From Myxococcota bacterium (GTDB taxonomy: Bacteria > Myxococcota_C > UBA6777), in NCBI GenBank assembly GCA_023150835.1, contig JAKLKB010000023.1, positions 1 to 61,337 on the forward strand: a stretch of DNA of 61,337 bases, in the 5' to 3' direction. Position 1 is the first letter of the stretch, and each line of letters opens with the position of its first letter. The translations under genes and the position numbers were made by a program. A model generated the notes under the pieces. The model worked only from the letters and a program-made list of their open reading frames with translations. It searched no databases and had not been told where the DNA came from. Positions 28,313 to 36,722 of this stretch are shown piece after piece.

Positions 28313-29620
28313 ATGTCTGCCAACGACAGAAGAGAAGACGAACTTGTCCCCATGCGCATCATTGGCCTTGCGATGGACCCCTTCAACAACTCACCCATCG
28401 TCTTGTTGCGAGACAAACGTCCGCTCTTCGAGATCATCGCGGCGATGCGCAAAAAACGCGCTGCAACACAGCCCTCCCCACCCCAACAAGACGATATCCT
28501 CAGCCAAGACAACCTCAATTTGTACAGGATCAACCCTTCCTTCGATCTCAGCAGCATCGAGATCCTCGACGAGGATCCCTCGTCGGAGGATGATCTTTAC
28601 ATCGAAGAGGTCGATGCGTCCGAACAGATCGCGGATGCCTCCGAAGAGGTCGATGCGCTCAAAAATTCTATCGACTCTGAAGATGTCGATGTATCCGAAG
28701 ATATCGCAGCTTTATCACAAAATCCTTCGTTCTCTAAAGAAATCGTGAATGCCTCGAAAAAGGCCGATACATCGGAAGAGATCGCGGTGGTAGGAACAAT
28801 CGGGGCGTCCGAAGACGCGGACGAAGCGCAAGCGGATGACGTTGAGGAGAGTCGGACGTTTGACGATCTTGCGGAAGTGTCAGCGCAGCAAACAAGCGAA
28901 AGCTCCGAGGTATCGGCTTCAACAGCAAAAACGCCGAAGAGGCGAGCCTTACGAGCCGAAGATGTCGAGCGGATGTTGGCTGCAATGCAGGGCGGCCCCC
29001 AAGTACGCATCCCTCACCCGTCCTCTCAAGGACAACAAGATCAACAAGAACAAACAACGGAGACAGCGGAGCCTTCCGAGGTTGCGATGCGTTCGAAAAG
29101 ATCGACGGACTCGGAGGATTCGATCGATTCATCGGATCAAAAATCGCCACGTGCTGTCGAACGCGATAGGGAAGGGGAAGAGGACGACGAGCGGCGCGCC
29201 TTGTTGCCGATCTGGATCGGCGAGGCCGAAGCCAACGCCATCGCAACAGAATTGCTTGGGATCGCAACGCCTCGCCCGATGACACACGATCTGCTGAAAC
29301 AAGCGATCGCTGCAATGGGTGGAGCGGTGGCTCGTGTGATCGTGACGGACATCCGAGAGAATACATTCTACGCCGCGATCGAAGTTCGTCGATCTGCCGA
29401 AGAAGTGATCTCGCTAGATGCCCGTCCCTCCGATGCTTTGGCTTTGGCTCTTCGCTTTGGCGCAGATATCTTTGTTCACGACCGCGTTCTTGAAAAGACG
29501 CAACAGCGCGAGAAGTCACCGGCCAAAGAGATCAAAGAGCTGGACGAAGTACAAGAAGAACGTTGGAAAGACTCGTTGCAGCGCCGCAACGAAGATTCCC
29601 TCGACAAATACAAACAATGA
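28313..29620 (+). CDS. Bifunctional nuclease (DUF151) family protein split by an ~260 aa acidic insertion
   Basis: N-part MRIIGLAMDPFNNSPIVLLRD; C-part LPIWIGEAEANAIA...PRPMTHDL...TFYA...LDARPSDALALA; directly follows miaB. Confidence 0.9.
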   Translation: MSANDRREDELVPMRIIGLAMDPFNNSPIVLLRDKRPLFEIIAAMRKKRAATQPSPPQQDDILSQDNLNLYRINPSFDLSSIEILDEDPSSEDDLYIEEVDASEQIADASEEVDALKNSIDSEDVDVSEDIAALSQNPSFSKEIVNASKKADTSEEIAVVGTIGASEDADEAQADDVEESRTFDDLAEVSAQQTSESSEVSASTAKTPKRRALRAEDVERMLAAMQGGPQVRIPHPSSQGQQDQQEQTTETAEPSEVAMRSKRSTDSEDSIDSSDQKSPRAVERDREGEEDDERRALLPIWIGEAEANAIATELLGIATPRPMTHDLLKQAIAAMGGAVARVIVTDIRENTFYAAIEVRRSAEEVISLDARPSDALALALRFGADIFVHDRVLEKTQQREKSPAKEIKELDEVQEERWKDSLQRRNEDSLDKYKQ

Positions 29621-30252
29621 GATCCATGTCCAAAACAAAACAGACGACCACGACAAAACAGACGACCACGACAAAACAGACGACCACGACAAAACAGACA
29701 CCCACCGCAAAACAGACGACCACGACAAAACAGACACCCACCGCAAAACAAGCGCCATCAAAGCAGACATCCTCAACGAAAGTTTCCAAATCCCTCCCAA
29801 CGCCACGATCTTCTGCGCTATCTGTGGTCGCGCAAGAGGCGGCAACACGGCCTCTTTCGCAGGGATGGAACTGGCCGATGGGAGCGGCGCTGTTGTTTAT
29901 GGCGGCGATCTTTTGGGCATCGTCTCGCACGAGCCTACCTTCGGTGATGTTTCCGACGGTGGGGATGGACAAACTGTATCACGGCATCGCGTATGCGTTG
30001 CTGGGGTGGTTGTTGGCGAGTGGTTTTTCGTTTTGGTTGCGGTCGGCGTATTGGGTGGTGTGGAGCGCGACTGTTGTGGGGGCGTTGTATGGCTTTAGCG
30101 ACGAGTTGCACCAGAGCTTTGTTCCGGGGCGTGATGCTTCGGGTGGGGATGTGATCGCGGATGTGATCGGCGCGTTTGTGGGGGCGATGCTTTGGTGGGC
30201 GGGATGGCGATGGCGGCAACGGCGCGCAATGGATGGAGAGGCGGCTGGGTAG
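29617..30252 (+). CDS. VanZ family membrane protein with an N-terminal (KQTTTT/KQTPTA) repeat
   Basis: ATGA overlap with the DUF151 gene; DKLYHGIAYALLG, YGFSDELHQSFVPGRDASGGDVIAD. Confidence 0.9.
   Translation: MRSMSKTKQTTTTKQTTTTKQTTTTKQTPTAKQTTTTKQTPTAKQAPSKQTSSTKVSKSLPTPRSSALSVVAQEAATRPLSQGWNWPMGAALLFMAAIFWASSRTSLPSVMFPTVGMDKLYHGIAYALLGWLLASGFSFWLRSAYWVVWSATVVGALYGFSDELHQSFVPGRDASGGDVIADVIGAFVGAMLWWAGWRWRQRRAMDGEAAG
29635..29770 (+). repeat. 18 bp tandem repeat, about 7 units
   Basis: aaacagacgaccacgaca and aaacagacacccaccgca units. Confidence 0.9.
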
Positions 30253-30475
30253 GTTTGGTGGGGCGCGAAGGGGTTGTCCGCAAGCGACATCGAAAAGGAT
30301 GGGGAGGCGGTTGAGATTTTGACGGCTCGGCCTGATCATGCGACAAGGCAACAACCCAAGCTTAGAGGTTTGGGCTTCATGGAAAATCCGTGAAGCGCCC
30401 GTTCGACGGGGCTTTGTGGAAAAAGAGACGGCTTCGTCGGATGGAACGGTGCATGGTATCGTATGGGGAAAGAAG

Positions 30476-33070
30476 ATGCGTTCATTTGTGCGATGGTTGG
30501 GTCCGTTGGGGCTGGGGATGTGCGTTGTTGTAGGCTGTAAGACACGGGGAACGCGAGAAGATGCCTCGTCTTCGCGGCCCGTTGTCACCCGTCAAGTGAC
30601 ACCTCCGCTGTCGCGTGGGACGGCGCACACGCCCTCTGCAAGTCATTCTTCTGCAAAGATATCCTCCAATCAAACGTCCGTCGTTGCGCGCCCTGCGGCC
30701 TCTTCGCAAACGGCTACGGCAGGATGGACGTTAGAGCCTTATCTGAATAACGCTGAAACAGCGGTGATTCGGCGGTATCTGGCGCAGGACGATTGTCAAA
30801 ATACCGCAGACACCGTGAAGGGCAAGAATTATTCGCCTGTCCAACAACGTGCTGTGATGTTGATGTTGGGGCGTTGTTGGTTCAAGAAGCAGTCGTGGGG
30901 TGAAGCGCGAGCGGTCTTTGAAAAGATCAAAGCAGAAGGGGACTTGTTGGAAGACTACTTGTTTTTCTGGTTGGGTCGAACGTGGCAAGAAGAAAAAGTC
31001 TTGGACAAAGCGATCGAGGCGTATTTAAAGATCCCGCGTGAATCGAAGCTTTACAAGATGGCGCGATTGCAAGCAGCGGAGTTTTTGCTTGGAGAGAAGC
31101 AATATAGCCGTGTCTTGGACGTTTTAGAAGGTGAGGCACTCGACAAGGATCCGACGGCGTGGTGGTTGGGAGCGCGAGCGCGTTGGGCGACTGGAAAGAA
31201 AGCCCAACGTCGCGAAGCATTGGGGACATTGCGACGCTTGCTTGTCGAGCGCCCTTCTTCGTGGCAAAGCAAACTTGCGACCCAATGGCTCACCACCCAC
31301 GCGATCCCGTTGGAGTTGAGTCCCGAAGACAAGATCCGCCAAGCTTACCGACTCAACGGCGTGTTTGCGTATCGCCTCTCGTTGGATATCTTGGGGGGGG
31401 TTCAACTGACCGCCAAGTCTCCACGCACTTTGCGTTGTCGATTCCATTATGCACGGGGCTTTGCGTGGTTTCGGCTGCGCAAATACAGAGACGCCTTGCG
31501 CGATCTTGTCCCTGCTGCGGCTCTTTGCAAAGGGATGGAACACGAAGAAGTGCGCGTCTTGTATCGACTTGGCCAGTCGTATCGGCGTCTTGGAAAAGTC
31601 TCTCCATCGATCTTGTGGATGCGTCGCCTTGCGGCTCGTTATCCCAAGCATACTCTCGCCGATGATGCGGTATTTGCGGTCGCCGAACTGTTGGAGCGCA
31701 GCAAACAAGAAGAAGCCGCAAAGACCACCTATGCGCGACTGTTGCGAGAGTTTCCCAAGGGCGATATGGCGTTGTATGCGCGATGGCGCTTGGCTTATCA
31801 AGCGTATCGGGCAGGGCGGTGGGATGAGGCGCAAAAATCGTTTGGCGCGATGTATACGCGCTTTCAAAAAGAGCAGTATGCCCCGGGGGCGTTGTATTTC
31901 GCCGCACGTACCGCACAAAATGCCTCGGGAAAGCTGGATGATCCCAAGGCCGAAAAGCTGTACTTGCAACTGGTGGAGCGGCATCCCTTGCATTATTACA
32001 GCTTTCTTGCGGTCGAGCGCCTTGTGCAGCTACGAAAACGCCCGTGGCGCGTCCCCGAATTGCCGATCGCAGCGCTGTTGCGCCAAAGCGCCATCGCAAA
32101 CGATATCCTCACGGTCGAGCCACCTGCGGAGCCCGTGCAACTTCCGTCACTTCCGTGGGGACCGCGCTGGACACAAGCCCCCATCCCTCAAGATATCATG
32201 TCGGCTTTTGCAGACAAACCACGACCGGCTTTTACAGAACACCCCGCGTATCGGAAGGGGGTTGAACTCTATCGTTTGGATATGGAAGATCTCGCAGCTT
32301 CCGAATGGTTGCGCTTGATCAATTGCGATCACTTTGCTGCACCCGCCAACAAGCCCAATGGATGGCGTTGTGCGCTGCATCCCGATCCCGGCGCAGACTT
32401 TCTCGCGATGCACTTTCGCATGGCTGGCCAATACCACCTCGCGGATCGCTTCTTTCGGCGGCGCGGAGCCGTCGCTGGGAACCTCGAATTCTCCGCAAAA
32501 ACCGCTCACAATTGGTATCTCGCTTATCCGCTGGCCTACTGGGATCACGTCAAGGTGCAAGCCAAAAAGAACAAGATGGATCCCGCGATGGTCTATGGCG
32601 TGATGCGCGAAGAAAGCACCTTTAATCCCCGCACACAGTCCTTTTCCAATGCCTATGGCTTGATGCAGCTGATCATGCCCACCGCCAAACAAGTCGCCCG
32701 TCAAGTCTTCCCCCGCCAGTCCATGGATCCCGAAACCCTCTATCGCCCCGAGATCAATATCGCCCTTGGAACGCGCTATTTGCGGATGTTGGTCAAGCAA
32801 TTCCAACGCGAACCTGTCGCCATCCCCGGATACAACGCAGGCCCCTTGTGGGTCAAACGCTGGCTCCAACGCAACCCCCAACTCCCCTTCGATGAGTGGG
32901 TCGAAGCCATCTCCATCCAACAAACCCGCCGCTACGCCCGTTATGTCCTCCAGTCTTATGCCACCTATCGCTTTCTTTACGGCCACCTCATGGAACCCCG
33001 CCGCACCATGCTTTCGATCCAACCTTGGTGGCAACCCGGCTCTTTGCTCCAACGCGAAAAGCAGGACTGA
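30476..33070 (+). CDS. Soluble lytic transglycosylase (SLT) lipoprotein with TPR repeats
   Basis: Lipobox VVVGC; TPRs; SLT motifs VMREES (catalytic Glu), AYGLMQL, NIALGTRYL, GYNAGP. Confidence 0.93.
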   Translation: MRSFVRWLGPLGLGMCVVVGCKTRGTREDASSSRPVVTRQVTPPLSRGTAHTPSASHSSAKISSNQTSVVARPAASSQTATAGWTLEPYLNNAETAVIRRYLAQDDCQNTADTVKGKNYSPVQQRAVMLMLGRCWFKKQSWGEARAVFEKIKAEGDLLEDYLFFWLGRTWQEEKVLDKAIEAYLKIPRESKLYKMARLQAAEFLLGEKQYSRVLDVLEGEALDKDPTAWWLGARARWATGKKAQRREALGTLRRLLVERPSSWQSKLATQWLTTHAIPLELSPEDKIRQAYRLNGVFAYRLSLDILGGVQLTAKSPRTLRCRFHYARGFAWFRLRKYRDALRDLVPAAALCKGMEHEEVRVLYRLGQSYRRLGKVSPSILWMRRLAARYPKHTLADDAVFAVAELLERSKQEEAAKTTYARLLREFPKGDMALYARWRLAYQAYRAGRWDEAQKSFGAMYTRFQKEQYAPGALYFAARTAQNASGKLDDPKAEKLYLQLVERHPLHYYSFLAVERLVQLRKRPWRVPELPIAALLRQSAIANDILTVEPPAEPVQLPSLPWGPRWTQAPIPQDIMSAFADKPRPAFTEHPAYRKGVELYRLDMEDLAASEWLRLINCDHFAAPANKPNGWRCALHPDPGADFLAMHFRMAGQYHLADRFFRRRGAVAGNLEFSAKTAHNWYLAYPLAYWDHVKVQAKKNKMDPAMVYGVMREESTFNPRTQSFSNAYGLMQLIMPTAKQVARQVFPRQSMDPETLYRPEINIALGTRYLRMLVKQFQREPVAIPGYNAGPLWVKRWLQRNPQLPFDEWVEAISIQQTRRYARYVLQSYATYRFLYGHLMEPRRTMLSIQPWWQPGSLLQREKQD

Positions 33071-33089
33071 TGTCTTCCCTTCGATCGAC

Positions 33090-33117
33090 TGAGTTCGAGC
33101 TAAATAGCCCGAACTCA
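33090..33117. terminator. Hairpin after the SLT gene
   Basis: tgagttcg-a-gcta-aa-tagc-c-cgaactca; no U-tract, so it may be a REP-like palindrome instead. Confidence 0.4.
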
Positions 33118-33180
33118 CGTTAAGATGCCTTTGAGTCCGCGTGCATGGCATGGTTGGGCCTCTGACACCATTCACCCAAA

Positions 33181-33260
33181 TGTGTACACGAAGGGTCGTG
33201 CGTAGACGCCCTATTCTTGGGCAGCCACGGGGGGCTGCCCCTACGTCTTCCGTGTACACA
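33181..33260 (-). repeat. GTAG-REP/REPIN-like palindromic element, copy 3
   Basis: Minus-strand core GTAGGGGCAGCCCCCCGTGGCTGCCC (33219-33244); outer stem tgtgtacacg/cgtgtacaca. Confidence 0.85.
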
Positions 33261-33379
33261 ATTTTGTTGGTGAGACTCCACGGGATAAATCCCTTGGCGT
33301 CTCAGGCCACGCCAATTTAGCTGTCGCCAAAAGAGCGCCCAACGATATCACGACCCAGCAGGCTTGCGTGATCAGATCC

Positions 33380-33466
33380 GTCGGTTTGAAAAATCTCTAT
33401 TCACCCCGCCAATACTGGGTCAATGGAGCCGCGCTCTCGTGGGGCGTGGCGTGACACCCCACAAAA
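33380..33466 (+). repeat. ~130 nt dispersed double-hairpin element, copy A (degenerate)
   Basis: gtcggtttgaaaaa...cgccaatactgggtcaa...gtggggcgtggcgtgacaccccacaa aligns with copies B-D. Confidence 0.75.
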
Positions 33467-33620
33467 CCCATTCAACAAGCCAGCCCCAACACAGAAAGAT
33501 CCTTCAAAGCAGGCATCCGTTGGAACCCTTTGCGCGGCGGTGGTGTCTTGCGTCAAGCGACCGTGTCGCCTAGCTTGTGTGGAATCCGTTGGTGGATTCG
33601 TGGTGAAGGAGTGTTTTTTG

Positions 33621-35816
33621 ATGAGCGAACAACAAAAGATCGAACGTGTGATCCGTTTTGTGGAAGCGCGATTGCGCCTGCAACGCGTTGCGCAAGGGAT
33701 GTTGTGGATGGCCGTCCCTGCGAGTTTTTTGGTCTTGATCGCGCTGTTGTTGGGGCGATTGGATATCCAGACAGCATGGGCCTCCGTATGTTGGGGCGCA
33801 GCGATCGCGATGTTGGTTTCGGCTGTGATCGTCGGATGGATCTGGCCTGTTGATACTTTGCGCGTCGCTCATTTGATCGACAAACAAGCCGGACTCTCCG
33901 ACCGATTCACCGCCGCCCTTCAACTGCTCGCACAAGGGCAGCGCTCGCGCTTTGCCCTCGCCGCCATCGAAGATGCCGCACGCCGCGCCAACGATGTCGA
34001 TCCCAAACAAGTCTCGCCTTGGCGACGACCCCACGGCCTCTATGAACTCGTCTCGATGACGGTTGCGTTCGCGATCGTTCCTTTTGTTCGCCCGCCCGCT
34101 CCCCCCGATTCCCCCGCAGCCAAACCCCCCACCGCATCGGAAAAAAAGCTCCAGATCGATCAAGAAGAGATGGCGCTTCAACGCACCGAAGAGGAAAAGC
34201 GCGAACAAGAAAAAGCCCTCGAAAAAATTACCGATCCCGAACTCAAGCAGATCTATAAAGAGATCCAAAAGATGTGGAAGGCCCTCGAAGAAGGCTCCAT
34301 GACCCGCCGCGCTTTCTACCAAAAGCTGGCCGAACTCGAACAGCGCCTCGAAAAAAATGCACAAACCCCACAAGCCAAAAAAGACGGCGAAGCCTCCAAA
34401 GCTCTCCAAGATCTCATGCGCTCCATGCGCGATAACAAAAACCCCTATATGAAAGCCTTTGAAAAAGCCCTCCAATCCCGCGATCAAAAAGCCATCTCCG
34501 ACGCCATGAAAAAATTGGCCGAAGACCTCGCGAAAAAAATGTCACCCCAACAACTTCAACAATTCGCGAAAATGATGGAAAAAATGCTCAAGCATCTCCC
34601 CAAAGAAATGCAAGACCAGATCCGAAAAGCTGCTCAACAACTTGGGCGCTCCAAAGCTTCACAACAACAAGGCGCTCGCCAGCAAGCCCAACAATCCATG
34701 CAGTCCGCACAAAAATCCGTCTCCAAAATGGCCCAAGGAGCCGGCCAACAAGACGCACGCGGTGCCGCCAAACAACAAATCCAACAAATGAAGCAAGCTG
34801 TCCAAGAGCAATCTCTCAGCAACCAACAGCGTCAACAACAGCTCCAACGCTTCATGCAAAAAGCCAGCGGTAAAAAAGGCCAACAAGGCCAACAAGGTCA
34901 ACAAGGCCAGCAAGGCCAGCAAGGCCAACAAGGTCAACAAGGCCAGCAAGGCCAACAAGGCCAACAGCAGGGGCAAAAAGGCCAACAAGGCCAGCAGGGC
35001 CAACAGCAGGGGCAAAAAGGCCAACAAGGCCAACAAGGCCAACAGCAGGGGCAACAAGGCCAACAAGGCCAGCAGGGCCAACAAGGTCAGCAGCAGGGGC
35101 AAAAAGGCCAAAAAGGCCAGCAGCAGGGGCAACAAGGCCAGCAGGGCCAAAAAGGCCAACAAGGCCAGCAGGGCCAGCAGGGCCAACAAGGACAACAGGG
35201 CCAACAAGGACAACAGGGCCAACAAGGACAACAGGGTCAACAGGGTCAACAGGGTCAACAGGGTCAACAGGGTCAACAGGGTCAGCAAGGTCAGCAAGGA
35301 CAACAAGGACAACAAGGACAACAAGGACAACAAGGACAACAAGGTCAACAAGGTCAACAAGGTCAACAAGGTCAACAAGGTCAACAAGGTCAACAAGGTC
35401 AACAAGGTCAACAAGGTCAACAAGGTCAACAAGGTCAACAAGGTCAACAAGGCCAGCAAGGTCAACAAGGTCAACAAGGTCAACAAGGTCAAGATGGACA
35501 GGGGAAGGGCGGAAAAGGCCAGAAGAAGGGAAAAGGAGCGGGAAGTTCGGGGGATGGTTTTGCGCTGTCGGATCGTGAGGCCCAAGATGTGGGGAAAGAT
35601 TACAAAGAGGAGAGTTTGACGGGGAAGAAGCGCGGTGGGCCGACGCGTAGCACCGTGATCCGTGAAGCGAGCGCAGAAGGATTTGCAAGCAGTAGTTACA
35701 AAAAAGTGTACGCCGATTATTCACGTATCACGGAAGAAGTTCTCTCCGAGAAGCGAGTTCCCGCAAACGCCCGTCGTATGGTCAAACGCTACTTTCAGAT
35801 GATCCGCCCTCGCTGA
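33621..35816 (+). CDS. Membrane-anchored coiled-coil protein with a (GQQ)n tract (DUF4175-like architecture)
   Basis: ATG after AAGGAG; 2+1 TM helices with VAHLIDKQAGLSDRFTAALQ; coiled coil; C-terminal RVPANARRMVKRYF. Confidence 0.85.
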   Translation: MSEQQKIERVIRFVEARLRLQRVAQGMLWMAVPASFLVLIALLLGRLDIQTAWASVCWGAAIAMLVSAVIVGWIWPVDTLRVAHLIDKQAGLSDRFTAALQLLAQGQRSRFALAAIEDAARRANDVDPKQVSPWRRPHGLYELVSMTVAFAIVPFVRPPAPPDSPAAKPPTASEKKLQIDQEEMALQRTEEEKREQEKALEKITDPELKQIYKEIQKMWKALEEGSMTRRAFYQKLAELEQRLEKNAQTPQAKKDGEASKALQDLMRSMRDNKNPYMKAFEKALQSRDQKAISDAMKKLAEDLAKKMSPQQLQQFAKMMEKMLKHLPKEMQDQIRKAAQQLGRSKASQQQGARQQAQQSMQSAQKSVSKMAQGAGQQDARGAAKQQIQQMKQAVQEQSLSNQQRQQQLQRFMQKASGKKGQQGQQGQQGQQGQQGQQGQQGQQGQQGQQQGQKGQQGQQGQQQGQKGQQGQQGQQQGQQGQQGQQGQQGQQQGQKGQKGQQQGQQGQQGQKGQQGQQGQQGQQGQQGQQGQQGQQGQQGQQGQQGQQGQQGQQGQQGQQGQQGQQGQQGQQGQQGQQGQQGQQGQQGQQGQQGQQGQQGQQGQQGQQGQQGQQGQQGQQGQQGQDGQGKGGKGQKKGKGAGSSGDGFALSDREAQDVGKDYKEESLTGKKRGGPTRSTVIREASAEGFASSSYKKVYADYSRITEEVLSEKRVPANARRMVKRYFQMIRPR
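34878..35492 (+). repeat. 9 bp-unit repeat encoding ~205 aa of Gly-Gln-Gln
   Basis: Blocks of ggccaacaa, ggacaacag, ggtcaacag, ggacaacaa and ggtcaacaa. Confidence 0.98.
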
Positions 35817-36051
35817 TATCGTGCGTGGTTTGCGTGCAGTTCGTGTGTTGGGGGTGGATGTTGAAAGGGTTTTCTGTGTCGCGCAGCGTCCGCCCTTTGA
35901 GGCGTGGAGTTTGTGTTTTTGGGGTGGTGGAGGCTTGTGAGGCTTGCGCCTTGTACGGTTCGAAAGGTGCGCATTGACAGGGGGGTGGTAAGCGGCGATA
36001 TATCGAGGCTGTGGGTGTCCGATGCTTTTAAGAAGACAGGAGTTCAATGGA

Positions 36052-36558
36052 ATGGGCGCACGTGTTTACAATGGCCGATGTTGGGCGGGTTTGTGGATGA
36101 TGGTGTGGATGGTGGTTGTGCTGTCGGGTTGTTCGGGGCAAGTGATCAAGAACGAGTCATTGTGGTATCAAGTGACAGTGCCGAAAGAATGGGGCATCAA
36201 GAACGATATGATCGACAGCGGGCAGGGTGATCTGATTAAGATTACGCGATTGCCGGATGATGGGGATATCGAGAACTTGGTGAAGGGGACGCGAAACTCC
36301 GTTCAGATCGAGATGACGGGTTTTGTGACGGAGAGTGAGGATTGGTTATCGGTGCGCGGTCATCGAACATGGCGGATGGTCGGGACGTTTCGTCCGAGAA
36401 AAAATGGCCCCGAAGTGACGTTAATCAAAGTGATCATCGACGCGGGAAAGTATAAGTATGTGATGGATATCCGCACACCTTCGGAGCAATACAAAGATCG
36501 TCAAAAAACCTTCGAGGCGATGCTGCAATCTTTTACGTTCGAGATCCCAAAATACTAA
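36052..36558 (+). CDS. Hypothetical lipoprotein, PsbP/Mog1-like fold likely
   Basis: Lipobox VLSGC; YQVTVPKEW near the N-terminus and FEAMLQSFTF at the C-terminus. Confidence 0.7.
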   Translation: MGARVYNGRCWAGLWMMVWMVVVLSGCSGQVIKNESLWYQVTVPKEWGIKNDMIDSGQGDLIKITRLPDDGDIENLVKGTRNSVQIEMTGFVTESEDWLSVRGHRTWRMVGTFRPRKNGPEVTLIKVIIDAGKYKYVMDIRTPSEQYKDRQKTFEAMLQSFTFEIPKY

Positions 36559-36573
36559 AGATGCCAAAGGCAT

Positions 36574-36703
36574 CAAAAAACTCCCGTGTTCGGGGCAGTT
36601 CAAGCGAGAGAGTCGTCGGTTTGAAAAAACAACGATCGGCTCGCCGATACGGGGTCAAGGGAGCCGCGCTCCCTTGCGGGGTGCGGGGTGGAACCCCGCA
36701 AGA
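36574..36703 (+). repeat. ~130 nt dispersed double-hairpin element, copy B
   Basis: caaaaaactcccgtgttcg...caagcga...gtcgtcggtttgaaaaa...cgccgatacggggtcaagggagccgcgctcccttgcggggtgcggggtggaaccccgcaag. Confidence 0.85.
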
Positions 36704-36722
36704 AAACAAGAAAAAAGCAAGA

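Noticed and set aside
28415-29190. DUF151 insertion as an intein or intron
   Set aside because: No splice-junction residues or endonuclease motifs; low-complexity acidic sequence.
34659-35724. Leu-rich (LLT/LLA)n and (LVD/LVG)n minus-strand ORFs resembling membrane or LRR proteins
   Set aside because: Antisense readings of the GQQ repeat.
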